DNA of 64,000 nucleotides from Octopus vulgaris (taxonomy: Eukaryota), in NCBI GenBank assembly GCA_951406725.2, contig CATOCA020000001.1:10850001-10914000 (forward strand). Direction: 5' to 3'. Positions 41,215 to 56,280 of the stretch are shown one piece after another. Under the pieces are notes generated by a model. That model ran no database searches. It was given only the letters and a program-made list of their open reading frames with translations, and had not been told where the DNA came from. The position numbers were made by a program, and so were the translations under genes. Every line of letters begins with the position of its first letter. Position 1 is the stretch's first letter.

Positions 41215-43865
41215 TAAATATATATATATGTATGTATGTATGTATATATATATAAGCATAGTAGTAATATGTTAAAGAAAGAAAATATAAAATACAAGTG
41301 GAACTGTATGGATAAAATATGATACATATATATATAGAGAGAGAGACTTTTAGTGGGGGGCAACCAGATCGAACCTTCCCAAGTGTTACTGCCCGAGATG
41401 GTCGTGACTAGTGGGACTTGACTGAGGAAAGAGAGCGTTATTTTTTTTACCATTTATATATGTATGTGTGTGTGTGTGTGTGTGTCTGTCTGTCTGTCTG
41501 TCAATCTATTTATAGAAGTTTCTGTTTGTTTATCTGTCTAATTATTTTTCGAATTATCTCTCTCTCTCTTTCTCTTTTTCTTTCTTTTTTCTTTCCCTCT
41601 CTCCCTGTTCCACACTTTCTTTTCTCTCTCTTTTTCTCTCCTTCTGTCTTTCTGTTCTTCTCTCTCTCTTTGTGCTGCTATTTTTAGTGTGCTGGTGCTG
41701 CTTGTAGGACCTTTAATTATTAATTAATGATGCTTTACCCTATGGGAGTTTTTACGCATGCTTGCCAGTTGATATTATTGTAAGCAATAATATCCATATA
41801 TATATATATATATATATAAATATATATGCACTTATACACAGGTGTGTATGATTGTGTATAGAAGAATATATTACTGAAAGATATTCCAACTTTGATTTTC
41901 ATGATTTATTTACAATCTTATAATAATATATGATAAGATAAGATAACATAATGAAGCGATAGAATATCAAATATCCACTCTGATTGAACTAGTACTTTCA
42001 TGCATTCTTCAAGTTGTATAAAAATAGTTATTGTCTGCATCATTCGAAAGAGAAATAAAGTCTCCATAAAGTGTAAAACATAGAAATAATTTGTAAGGTG
42101 TTAGTAACAAAATATTTTGTTAGAAATAGGGACTATTATCATCGGTCTTAAATTTAATTTCGCCTGTGTAGATATGTGTGTGTATAAATATTAATTTTAA
42201 ATCTTTACAGGAAAGTAGCAAAAATTGATTTACATTTACAATGCCGGTTTCAAATATGACTTCAGTTTTAATTTTTTACAGAAATTAGAAAAGGTTTATC
42301 CACTTATCTGAATATTCTATTACCTCATGAAAGTTTATTGTCTCATTTTGCGGCTTGTATCGGATAAGAATACTGACCGAAGTACACATTTTTTATAACC
42401 CGTTATGTGTTTTTTTAACGGCAGTGTCAGTATTTTCTGTCGATGTATGTTATTCGCTGTACTTTAATATCCGGAAAATAAATCCATTTTCCAGAAATTC
42501 ACCATTTCTACACGACGCAAAGTAATATAAGATGAGGTGATTTGCTTAAGAACGCAATACAATTCCCTTTACGGGAATTGAAACCGCGATCTCGCTATCG
42601 CGAATGTAACACCGTTAACAGCGTGGTCATTCGCCTTGGACACCAATTATATTATTTAACATGTTATATGACATAGGTGGGACAGCATCCCAGAATCCTT
42701 CTTATTTACTAGGCGTTTTCCCGAAGCAACACCCATTGAATTTACATGGATCCCGAGAAAGATCTGAGCGTTACTCCTAAGAGATGTCTCTTGTCAGCTA
42801 ACGATATGGCGTTGTATCATGTAATGATAGAAAGTCTGACGCAGAAAATTGCGTTGTTTGATGTGGTGATACAAAGTCTGAGAACGAGGCCAATTTTAGG
42901 TACATATCTTTGTTTGATTTTTGTGTGTTTTACTTAGGGTGTTGTTGTCGACGTTGTTGTTTGCCCTGACTGATCGTAATTTTGCACAAAGGCATTCCAA
43001 TTATACCCTACTAATTATTTTTATTCAAACATTAGCAACCATGTCCTCCATTGTCTAAAATAAGAGTGTGTGATTGGAAAGAGATTTCGCAGGTATCTCC
43101 AGGTGTTTGATGGAAAACATTGTAAACATATCTGCGCCACAAGCCAATGTTTCCTGATTGAGTAAGCTATGGTCAGATGACATCCAGTCGTCATCTTCCC
43201 ATCCATTTAGTTATATAGCATTGTCTCCGGTCTCTAGGTGAGCAGGGTTTTCCCTGAATTCAATTGCAACCAAAAACCCATAGGACACTTGTGGGTATAC
43301 CACTAAATACATGCTTCCAATTCCTCAGATCTGAATGCTTCGCCACCTTCCCATCCCCGCAGGACTTTCAAATGAAAAAAATAAGTTGTACAGTTAAAAA
43401 GTATAGAGGTTAAATTAAAAAGATAATATTAAACAAGAATATCCAAGCAAAATAGTCGGCAATGTCTGTACACAATGCCTGTACACAAATTTACAAATTG
43501 CTTTGCAGCGTTTCTGTCGGCTATTCGCGTTCTGAGTTCCTTTCCCGCTGAAGTCCCCTTTGCGTTTCATTTCTCAGAGGTGCTGAAGTCCAATTAGTCG
43601 ACTGACCACTTCCCCCACAATAACACAACCACTGGCATTCTACCTAAGCCAGAGACAACATTATATGAGCGGCAATCTAGGATTTCAGGACAAAGAATTG
43701 CTACGCGGTGTCATATGTAATCATGTATGGTTATATAAAAATGCAAAGATATATACATACACAAACACACACAAATATATTTGCGTGTATGTGTGTGTGT
43801 GTAAGTGTACCTGTGTGTGCTTGTGTATGTGACTGTGTGCAATTATGTACGTTTGTTTGTGTGTG

Positions 43866-43914
<49 letters not shown>

Positions 43915-45313
43915 CGTAGAGCCCTGTGAGTGGATTTGGTAGACAGAAACTATATGTATATATATGTGTGTGTGTGTCTATATGTTTCTATGTGTCATTT
44001 TATTGTTCACTTTTGCCGATCCGCTATGTTAAGGGGAGCGAAATAAAACCATGCTGCCAAGCTGTGAATGGAGAATAAACATAGACACACATACGTTTGA
44101 ATGTGTTATTTTATTGCTCACTTTTGCCGATCCGCGATGTTAAGGGTGATGTTATGGTTGCTTGGAACCAAATATTCACCGACAAATTATCGTCAGGAAT
44201 CAAATAAGTTTTCTCCACTTATCTGAATATTCTATTGCCTCATATAAGTTTTTTGTCTCACCTTCCAGCTGCGATCCGATAAACATACTGAATGAAGTAC
44301 CCTGTTGTAATAATTCTCTATTTTTTTAAAACGAAAGTGGCAGTATTTTCTCTTGGTGTATATGATTGGCTGCAATTCTTTAATATCCGGAAAACAAATC
44401 CATTTTCCACCTATTCACCATTCCTACAAGTCAAATGTTTTTATCGATTATTGGGATGGCGATATCTGCTCAAAGACACGACCTCATCTCTCTAGTTACT
44501 AAAATGCAAACCCGACGAATTTCCCTCCTTTCCCAGAATATATTTCAGTTGGTTGTAAAGTATGCTTGTTTTACACTGATGACAAAACTATGATCAGAAG
44601 CGTTCCGGTCGTGATCATCCCGTCGCTTTACTTATATTGCAATGTGTGTTGTGTTCTTTCCGTGGTTAAGACGATAGGGTGTGAGACAATGGAATATCAT
44701 AGTCTCAAATGCTTACGATAGGGCTGATGGCGCAAATGTAAAAGTAATGGGCATTCATTAGTCCTGAAACCTATATCTACAATCATTATTGTAATACATC
44801 ACATGATGTGGATGTTAATTTTCATAGATCTTTCCGAAATATAAGTCCGACCTTTCTATCAAGATGAAGCATCAATTTATTAAACGACATCTAGGACTGA
44901 ATTATTCTGCAACTTGCAGAAGAATGAAAGTGATATTCTACGTGGTTTACTCTGCATGTGTGTTTAGTATATTGTAACTTTCATGTACATGGGTTATCTC
45001 AAGTACAACATACCCTCGAATATTTAGGGGCGTCCAGTTCACCCTGTGTAACTTGCCGAAGGACTCACACAGCAGATGCAGGTACTAGAGGGTAAAGACG
45101 GTACTAATTCTCTAAGTTGTTCACTTGAGCATCCGCATACCAATTTATTATTATTCCATATACACAAAACACTTTAGATTGTCTGAATACGTTTGTGTTA
45201 TATATATATATATACTAATGTATATGTGGGCGTCTATGAGCATGTGTGTGTGTGAGTACATGCACAAGTGTACGGCGTTCAAAATACTCACACAGACACA
45301 CACACACGCAGAT

Positions 45314-45364
<51 letters not shown>

Positions 45365-46456
45365 TACGCATTCAGAGATCAACACACACATATAAAAAGT
45401 GTATTCGTTTCTTTAATTATTTTACTTGTTTAAGTCATTTGACTGCGTCCTTGCTGGAGTTCCACCTAAAAAGCCTTTAAGCCGAAGAACCGAAAGTTTA
45501 CCACTGGGCTTATTCTTGGTAAGCCTGGTACTTATTTTATTGATCGCTTTTGCCGAACAGCTATGTTAAAGCGGGCGTAAAAGACCTGCTGTCAAACTAT
45601 GAACGCGTAACCAACATAGTCACACAGACACACACGCACACAGGTAAACACACACACACACACGCTCTACACACACACGCGCGCGCGCGCACCACACATA
45701 CACTCACAGACACACTCACACACACATATGTATATATATATATATATATAACGGATTTCCTTCGGGTCCGTCTACTAAACCCACTCACAAGTCTTTGCTC
45801 GGCCCGAGGTTATAGTAGAAGACACTTTCCCAGGTTGCCAAGCAGGGAAACTACACCTGGATCTATGTGCTTGCGGAGCAAGTTCCTTACCAAATAGCCA
45901 CGCCTATGCATGTGTGTTTATGTAGAAGTCTATAAACAGGATGAACAGGACAATCAAATGTTTAACTAATAGTTCTTACTTGCGTGTAACAACGTTATGG
46001 TTGCTTGGAACAAAATGCTCACCGACAAATGACTGTCAGGAACAACGTTATTCTATTAAGTTGCATAGTTATAGAAAGATAGAAAGAAGGAAAAATAAAT
46101 CATATATTTGTGTGTGTGTATATATAAATAAATTTTAAATTTTAAAAGAAATGTAACAAAAATTGATTTATCTATTCGCATTCTGAGTTCCTTTCCTGTC
46201 GAATTCCCCTTTGCCTTTCATTTCTCAGAGGTGCTGAATTGCAATTAGTCGACTGTCCACCTCCCCCACAAAACACAACCCCTGGCATTCTACCTAACCC
46301 AGAAACCACTTTATAAGCGGCAATCTAGGATTTTAGGACGAAGAATTTCTACGCGGGGTCATATGTAATCATGTATGGTTATATAAAATGCATGAGGATA
46401 TATATACATACACAAACACGCAAAAATATGTGTGTGTATATGTGAGTGTGTGTATG

Positions 46457-46507
<51 letters not shown>

Positions 46508-48313
46508 GTATATATGAATGTATATGTGAGCGTGTGTCTACATGTGTGTGTGTGAATACATGCACATGTGTACGAGGCAAAACATTCACACACACACACG
46601 TATATATATAGGTATATAAATACATATGTATATATTCATACGCATTTATATATATACACAGACATGCGCACACACATATATAAATGTGTATTCTTTTTCT
46701 TTAATTCTTTTACGTGTTGAAGTCATTTGCCCGCGGCCATGCTGGAGCACCATATCAAAAGATTTTAAACACAATAGATTGACATCAGACCTTATTCTTT
46801 GTAAGCCAAGTACTTATTTTATTGGCTGCTTTTGCCGAACCGCAATGTTAAGGAGGGGGCCTTAAAAAACCTGCTGTCGAATATGAATGGGTAACAAACA
46901 TAGTTGCAAAGGCAGAAACACACATACACAAACAAACAAACTCACACACACACACACAAACACACATATGCTTCAATATATATAGATTTATATAGAACGC
47001 ACTTCTTTCGGTTTCCGTCTACCAAATCCACTCGTAAGGCTTTGGTCGGTCTGAGGTTATAGTAGAAGACACTTTCCCAAATTGCCATGCAGTGAAACTA
47101 AACCTGGAACTATCTGCTTGTGAATTCATGTTTCTTACCACTCAGCCACGCCTATGCATATGTGTTTATGTAAAAGTCTATATATATAGGATGAACAGGA
47201 CAAACAAATATTTAAATAATAATTCTGACGTGAGTGTAACAACGTTATGTTTGCTTGGAACAAAATGCTCACCGACAAATGACAACGTTATTCTATTAAG
47301 TTGCATAGTGAGAGAAAGATAGAGAGAGAGGAAAAAATAAATCATATATACGTGTGTGTGTGTAGATACAAATGTTAAATCTTAAAAGAAAAGTAACAAA
47401 AATTGATTTACCTTTATAGAGCCGGCCCCAAATATGACTTCGGTTTGAATTTTTGACAGAAATTAAATCAATTTTATCCACTTATCTAAATATTCTATTT
47501 TTTCCCACGTTCCAGGTGCTATCCGAAAAGCATACTGAATGAAATACCCTGTTGTAATAATTCTCTAATTATTTTTAAAACGAGAGTGGCAGTATTTTTT
47601 CTTGATGTATGTGATTGGCTGAAATTCTTTAATATCCGGAAAATAAATCCATTTTCCAGCTAGTCACCATTCCTACACGTCGAGTGTTGAAATGGTCGCT
47701 GTGCAACATAAGATGAATTGTTCTGCGCACAAAACACCACTCGTCCCAGGATCTGAAATCACGACCTTAATCACGATTTCATGTCCTCGACTTCTATTAT
47801 ATTACCAAAACTTTATTTTTCATATGTCCTGACAACACCCACAGAATATTCTTATCTACTTGTCGCTTTTCTAAAACAAACGCCATTGTTTTTACCGATT
47901 ATTGGGATGGCGATATCTGCTCAAAAATATGACCTCATCGCTCTAGTTACTAAAATGGAAACCCGGCCAATTTTCCTCGTTTCGCAGAATATATTTCAGT
48001 TATTTGTAAAGAATGCTTGTTGTTCAATGATGACAAGACTATGATCAGAGGCGTTTCGGCCATGATCATCCCGTCGATTTACTTACATCGCAATGTGTGT
48101 TGTGTTCTTTCCGTGGTTAAGACGGTAGGGTGTGGGACAATGGAATATCATTGTCTCAAATGCTTACGATAGGGCTGATAGCGCAAACGTTCAAGTAATG
48201 GACAATCATTAGTCCTGAAACCTACACCTGCAATCATTATTGTAATACATCACATGATGTGGATGTTAATTTTCATAGATCTCTCCGAAATATAAGTCCG
48301 ACCTTACAATTAA

Positions 48314-49740
48314 TTTTTGCTTAGAAACTCTGTCTCCCTTTTCAGCTTCCTTTCAGCAACCATAACCATGTCTCAATATTACTATTTCCTGCAACTATCT
48401 TTGCCAATCGACATTGCCATACATTCTCTTGTCAGTTAGATTATCTTCCTACTTTTTTTATTGTTTTAATTTCATTTGGCTTTTTCCTTTCCTATCTCCT
48501 ACTATAACTCAGGCAAATCATAAATTTTATTCATTATTATATATATCAACTCTAGCTAACTCTACCCTACTTTCTGCTGATATTAAACCGCTTCCACCTT
48601 CGTTATTCTAAGTAAGTGCAATCTTGCTCTTCCTAATCGAGGCTGAAGTCCTCTATTCATATTGAATTCCTTCCTAGTTCTTCTGTCTAGATTTGCTAAT
48701 TCAGATCTTTTCCAATCAACAAATTCTGCTGAATACCGAAGTAACGACACTTCCCAAAGTTTTTACAACCTTTACTAGATTTAGAAGCTTTCCTTCATTA
48801 GCTTCTTCAACCTTCCGATGTACTCCTTACTATTTTTGTTTTCATTTCCATTTAGTACACTCTCAGATTCTAATACTCCGAAGCACTTATGATTCTCTGC
48901 CTTCAGTGATATTACTTTCTTCTATCTGGCCTTCACTGCTGACTCCTTCCCTTGCGACATATCTATGCCAAATTCCATGCCTATATGTACAATTCCTATT
49001 AAGGAACAAAAGCTTCTAATCGTCCATCTTGACAAATGTTTTCATTGATCCATTAGTTAAGTAACACAATATTAATGGGATAACGGTCTCCAGATTCTGA
49101 TATACTTTCCAGACAGTGTCACCTTATGATTTCATTCTGCACTATGCTTCAGTGTTCCAAATATTACTTTCTTGCCTATCTTTGAAGCCTTCATTTTCTG
49201 CTGACTCAAACCTTTTCTGTGTGAATTCATGTTAATCATGTTAAGTCTCTACATTGGGAATTTGCCTGGTTTTTGTCTATTTTGGATTTTATGTAGTTAG
49301 TTATGAATGCCTGATCGTGTGCGGTTGCTTACAAACACTGTCTCCCTTTTCATTTTCCGTTCTGAAACCATATTAGTCTGTAAGTGTCCCTTGGCTATTC
49401 TTTCTGTACCCTTTCTGTTCCACTGGTGCTTTGTAATTTATTTCCAGGAAATCATACACCTAATTAGATATTATTCCTGTCATCAGCTTCCACATGAGGG
49501 GCAGACAGGTGATAGGCCGGTGATTATCCACTGCATTGCTTTGTTGGGATTATTTTGGCAAAGAATTGTTTGACTTTTGGTCAGCCTCTTTGGGATTTGT
49601 ACCCCGTTGTTGATCATTTTATATATTTGCTTGGCTATTCTTCTGTGTACTGCTGGGGAAATTTTCAGCCAATATCCTTGTACGCTATCCGGTCCTGGGT
49701 ATTTCCAGTTTGGCGATTTAATCACTCTGGCCCACATTGG
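48314..49740 (-). mobile_element. Decayed R4/Dong-like RT fragments (array copy 5), middle part corrupted by many micro-deletions
   Basis: ORF 49483..49737 reads NWKYPGPDSVQGYWLK. Segment 48314-48780 is near-identical to 32669-33135. Confidence 0.8.
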
Positions 49741-50655
49741 TAGTCAAATATACAATGAGGCGACAGGTGTTTATACATCTGCTTTTACTCGTCCTTAATT
49801 ACTAAACAATACTCTCCTCTCGCTCTCTTTCTCTCTCTCTCCTCTAATAACTTAATTAAATTTAACTCTCTATAATTATCTACGATGACTATGCGAGAAT
49901 TTGTATGTGGGTGTGTCTGTGCGTACAAACAGACATTTATCTGTCCATTTCTAAACTCATACGTATGGATGTGTATGTATGGCCGCGTAAGTGTGTGTAT
50001 CTGACTGTGTGTATATCAATAGGAATATGCCACTGCATATGTGTCTGTGTGTGTGTCTGTGTGTGTTTGCATATGTTAGTGCGTGTGTGTATGTGTATGT
50101 CTCTCTCTGTATGTATGTGTGTGTATACATGCATCCTTTTAACCCCCAAGTCAAACACCCCTTCACTATATAGACTAATCTCTATATACTCTCATATATT
50201 TCTCATTCGCCCAATAATAGACTCTTCCAAGGCCTTCCAAATCTGATTCACTTTCTATTCAAAGATGCAACTGTTAATTTCCATTATCCTTTGCCAGGGA
50301 CTTTCCTGGAAACTTTACTAACTCTTCGATCACGAAAATACCAGACACATTTATCTGAGAACTCCATGGTTTCCCAAAAGACTGGTAACGAATAATATCC
50401 TCGATTAAGGATATTATGCATTTCTGCATTTTCTTTTTTTTGTGCATATTTGTAACCACTCTGCACAGTTCTTTTATTTGTTTCAGCCATTTCACTGCAG
50501 CCATGCTGGAGCAATGCCTTTTTCACCGAACTTATTATTTATAAGACTTGTACTTATTCTATGAGTCTCCTTTGCTGAACCACTAATTTACATGGACGTA
50601 AACTCACCAACATCGGTTGTAAAGCGATGGTGGTGGACAGACACAGACACAAAAA

Positions 50656-50693
<38 letters not shown>

Positions 50694-52604
50694 ACTTATA
50701 TTATAAATTATAAAATGAATGTTCTTGAAAAAGGCTAAATGTTTTTCTTGCTCCTAATCTGTTATAATTTATGTCCCTCCGCTCAATGATCAACCACACC
50801 TTAAAACCATGATACCCAATTTCTGCACCACATTTTTCTGTTCAAGCCGGTGTTTTAGTGGTAAACGAAACTGAGCAGTCACACTACATACGACCTTTTA
50901 CATGATTTTCAATTGTATCAACGCTAAGGTATAATATATACTTTTATGTGGCTTTGGGGAGTGGCATGAACGGATTTCTTCTATTTGTATGTATTTCAAT
51001 TTCTTGTGTAACGAACAATTCCTTTAACGGACGTGGCTCGGAAAGGATTATGTGTATATATAGAGATGGCACTGGTTTGAGAAGTTTTGAGTCGAACTAA
51101 TTGACCTCTGTACTTAATTTTTTAAGCCTTGTACTTATTTTATTGGAGTATATTGGTGAACCGCTAAGTTACCGGAACGTAAACACACCAACACAGGTCA
51201 TCAAGCGGTGGGACATACACTGACACAAAGACACACACACTGATACATACAGACAGACATATATAGACATAGAAGTGGCCGTAGAGTATGAAACACATTA
51301 ATCCGTGTTCAGTCCCGTTGCGAGACATTTTGGCTGAGTGTCTTCTACTATACCCAAGGGCCGACCATAGTCTTGTGAGTGGATTTCATAGATGGAAACT
51401 CAAATAAGCCCGTCGTATGTGTGTGTGTGTATTTGTGTGTCTATATTTGTCCCTCCACCATCATTTGTCAACCGATGTTGGTGTGCTTACGTCCCTGTAA
51501 CATAGCGGTTCTGGAAAAGAAACTGATAGAATAAGTACTAGGATTACAAAGGTTAAGTCCTAGGGTCGATTTGTTCGACTAAAGGCGGAGCTCCAACATG
51601 GCCGCAGTCAAATGACTGAAACAAGTAAAAGAATAGTCACGATAGGCTTCTTTCCGTTTCCATCTACCAAATCCACATATGAAGATTTTGAGAGTCCAAT
51701 GGCTACAGTAGAAGACATTTATGTAGCGTGCCACGCAGTGGAACTGAACCCGAATCCAAATTTGGAAGCAAGCGTCTTACCACACAGCCGCGCCTAAACA
51801 TGCCCCCCTACACAGATTCAATCCAAGGAAACACGCATAAAGATGAAACACTCTCCAAGCCGTTCACTTTATAATTTGTTAAAACCATTAACATGGTGTC
51901 CATTAGTGAGTGATGCTGTGTTTTGTTTTATTTCTCCTACACATTGATTCCAAATTTTGGCACAACACCAGCAATTTCAGGGGAGGAGTAAGTTGATTAC
52001 ATCGACCCCAGTATATAACTGATATTCATTTCATCGACCCCGAAAGGATAAAAGGCAAAGACAACCTCGGCGGAATATTTCTACTTAATATTTAATATTA
52101 TTACGTTCATGCATTTTTGAAATTGGGTGTTAAAACAGAAATTCTTCTATTTGGAGATGGTCGTCTGTTGCCAATGAAACACGCGCAATATATATTTGAT
52201 ATTCACTTTATTGTTGTTGTTGTTGTTGTTGTTGTTGGTACGCCGGGCGAAACGTTTAGAAGTATTTCGTCTGCGGTTACGTTCTGAGTTCAAATTCCAC
52301 CGAGTCCAAATTCCACCGAGGTCGATATTGCCTTTCATCCTTTTGTAGTCGATTAAATAAGTACCAGTTACGCACTGGAGACGATATAATCGACTTAATC
52401 AGCGTGTCTGTCCTTGTTTGTCCTCTCTGTGTTTAGCCCCTTGTGGGTAGTAAAGAGATAAGTATTTCGTCTCTCACTACATTCTGAGTTCAAATTCCGC
52501 TTAGATCGACTTTGCCCTTCATCCTTTCGGAGACGATAAATTAAGTACCAGTTACACACTGGGATCGATGTAATGGACTTGTCCTTGTGCTTCCATTAGA
52601 CAGG

Positions 52605-52670
<66 letters not shown>

Positions 52671-52896
52671 TGAGGTTTAGCTGGCAGAATCGTTAGCACG
52701 CCGGGCAAAATGCTTGGTAGTATTTCATCCATCATTAGTTTCTGAGTTCAAATCCCCCGAGGTCAACTTCACATTTCAACATTTCGAGGTCTATAAATTA
52801 AATACCAGTTGAGTACTAGGGGCTATGTAATCGACTAACTCCCCCCATCCAAGAATATGTCAGGCTTTGTGCTTATAGTAGGAACGACTATTATTA

Positions 52897-52964
<68 letters not shown>

Positions 52965-53247
52965 GTTATTATCATTATTATTATTATTACTATTAGTATA
53001 AATTCTTTCGTCTCACATACTGTGATCTCCTCAGCGACTCTCTGCTACGCCTTTTTCTTCTTATCCTGCTTATTCTGTATTAAAATTTATATTAAATGTC
53101 TACTTTTCTACTGTTTGTCAAGTGGTTTGTTTATCAAATAGTTTATACTCGGAACAATTGTACAAACGGAATTTCCCACTTGGTGCAGCTATATATTTTA
53201 GTAATTGTTTGAATGAATACACGCACATCATACACAACTCACTTATA

Positions 53248-53368
<121 letters not shown>

Positions 53369-53446
53369 ATATATATATAAGCATAGTAGAAATATGTTAA
53401 AGAAAGAAAATATAAAATACACGTGGAAATGTAAGGATAAAAGATG

Positions 53447-53509
<63 letters not shown>

Positions 53510-53622
53510 CTTTTAGTGGGGGGCAACCAGATCGAACCGTCTCATTTGTAACTGCCCGAGATGGTCGTGACTTGTGGGACTTGACTGAGGAAAGAGAGCG
53601 TTATTTTTTTACCATTTATATA

Positions 53623-53664
<42 letters not shown>

Positions 53665-53817
53665 TGTCTGTCTGTCAATCTATTTATAGAAGTTTCCGTT
53701 TGTTTATCTGTCTAATTATTTTTCGAATTATCTCTCTCTCTCTTTCTCACTTTCTTTCTTTTTACTTTCCCTCTCTCTCTGTTCCACTCTTTCTTTTTCT
53801 CTCTCTTTTTCCCTCCT

Positions 53818-53851
<34 letters not shown>

Positions 53852-53975
53852 CGTGTTGCTATTTTTAGTGTGCTGGTGCTGCTTGTAGGACCTTTAATTA
53901 TTAATTAATGATGCTTTACCTTATGGGATTCTTTTACGCATGTTTGCCACTTGATATTATTGTAAGCAATAATAT

Positions 53976-54035
<60 letters not shown>

Positions 54036-54123
54036 CCGGTTAAGTAAATAAACATCGTTTAAATTGCATTTTCAAACCTTTTTTTCTTATATAATCCCAC
54101 TCGTGCGATACCCCACAACTCAA

Positions 54124-54162
<39 letters not shown>

Positions 54163-54589
54163 AGACTTTCTATATATATATGCACTTATACACAGGTGTG
54201 TATGATTGTGTATAGAAGAATATATCACTGAAAGAAATTCCAACTTTGATTTTCATGATTTATTTACAATCTTATAATAATATATGATAAGATAAGATAA
54301 CATAATGAAGCGATAGAATATCAAATATCCACTCTGATCGAACAAGTACTTTCATGCATTCTTCAAGTTGTATAAAAATAGTTATTGTCTGCATCATTCC
54401 AAAGAGAAATAAATTCTCCATAAGGTGTAAAAGATAGAAATAATTTGTATGGTGTTAGAAACAAAATATTTTGTTAGAAATAGGATTAATATCATCGGTC
54501 TTAGATTTAATTTCGCCAGTGTAGATATGTGTGTGTATAAATATTAATTTTAAATATTTACAGGAATATTTACAAACAAATATAATAAT

Positions 54590-55045
54590 AATTTCAAACA
54601 TTGGCACACGGTCAGTAATTTTGGAGGTGGTAGATCACCCAGTTACATCAACCCCAGTGTTCAACAGCCACTTGTATATAATTCTGCCAAGGTCGACTTT
54701 GCTTTTCACCCTTTCAGAGTCGATAAATTAAGTACTAGTTGAATGCTGGAGTCAATGTATTCGACTTGTCCCTTCCCCCAAAAATTTCAGGCTTTATGCC
54801 AATAGTAGAAAAGATAATTATTATAAGGGCCAGTTTCCCAGTTTCATGGCGTATAAATTCCCCACCTGGATGGGATACCAGTCCATTGCAGGATTACTCA
54901 TTTTTGCCAGATGAGAGGACTGAAACAATGGGAGATTAAATGTTTTGCTCAAGAACACAACATATTGCCCAGTCCAGGAATCGAAACTACAACCTTACAA
55001 TCATGAGTTCAACATACTAATTGCCAAGCCGCATGCTTCCACAAT
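54590..55045. mobile_element. Cluster of old diverged SINE fragments in both orientations, just outside the array
   Basis: 'gccaaggtcgactttgcttttcaccctttcagagtcgataaattaagtactag' plus a minus-strand head 'gctcaagaacacaac...gtccaggaatcgaaact'. Confidence 0.6.
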
Positions 55046-55107
55046 GGATACAAGTATATATATGTTTGGGTGTGTTTATGTGTCTGTGTGTGTGTGTATA
55101 AACAAAT

Positions 55108-55392
55108 GTGGAGATGTGTGGCTTAGTGGTTAGGGTATTTAACTCCTGAGAGTATGGTCATGAGTTCAATACCTAGCAGTGTTTTGTGTCCTTAAGCAAG
55201 GCATTTTATTTCATATTGTTCCAGTTCCCTCAGCTTTGTCACATTCTGTGACATGCTGAATCTCTCTGAGAACTACATGAAGGATACACATGTCCATGGT
55301 GTACTCAGCTACTTGCATGTTAACTTCTCAAGCAGCCTATTCTGTTCATCAGATCACCTAGAACACTCATCACCATAACCGATGGAGTACCA
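55108..55392 (+). mobile_element. Diverged tRNA-derived SINE with CORE-like central motif
   Basis: A-box-like 'gtggcttagtggttagg', B-box-like 'gagttcaatacc', then 'tgtgtccttaagcaaggcattttatttc'. A related copy lies at 60008-60268. Confidence 0.6.
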
Positions 55393-55494
55393 GTTATAAC
55401 CAAACTAGCAAATTTAAATATATATACATACATGCATACACATACACACACACACATGTTTTTGTGTTTATATATATGCCGTTCCTAACACCAA

Positions 55495-55646
55495 CCACTC
55501 CATGGTTGGTGTTAGGTATCCAGCTGTAAAAGCCATGCCAAAACAGACACAGAAGCATGGTGCAGACTCCACCCTGGCCAGTTCGTATCAAACCATCTAA
55601 CCCATGCCAAGCATGGAAGGAGGATGTTAAATGATTATGATGATGA
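55495..55646 (+). mobile_element. RTE-type 3' tail of a SINE/LINE ending in (GAT)n, diverged
   Basis: 'ggttggtgttagg..tatccagctgtaaa...ccatctaacccatgccaagcatggaaggaggatgttaaatgattatgatgatg' is homologous to 56510-56656. Confidence 0.6.
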
Positions 55647-56280
55647 TATGTATATTTATATACATATGTATATACACACATGCTCAAACACACATATATA
55701 CATTCAGAGAGAGACAGACAGACAGACAGGAGTTTTATTGTTAAGAAATACACTTAAATGCACATTTCTGATTGTCGTGAAATAGAGTTTGCTTCTTAAT
55801 TCCACATTGAGTTGCATATTTACAAAAAGAAAAAAATATAAAATTTAAAAAAAGAGCACAAGAATCCCTATTCAGCCACACAAATTCAGTGTTGCCCGAT
55901 TGCAACATTACAACTCTACCAGTCAATATAAGCCAAAGAGATAACTTCAAGATTACTATTTTTTTTTGTTTTTTTTTAATTGAATGATTTTTACTCAAAA
56001 TCATTTCTTTTTTATCCAACCTCTCTCCACCCAAATTGAAGAATTTATGTTTGATCAAAATATATCCTCTATTGCTTTTGATTTTTAGTTGATGGAAAAA
56101 CTTTCTGTGACAACTGTGTGTGCATAAAACCCCCATCAACATGCATCATAGAATTGCATGCAGCTGGTTCGTTTTCTTTATCAGTGCACAACTTCCACTT
56201 AGACGGTTAAATGGAATTATTGTCACACCTTATATTTCTGCCACCAACATTTCCAAAATGTATTTTGTATTTTATAGATA

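Noticed and set aside
55741-56142. 133-aa minus-strand ORF in the unique region
   Set aside because: It runs through A/T homopolymer tracts, with no domain similarity I can recognise and no clear splice signals.
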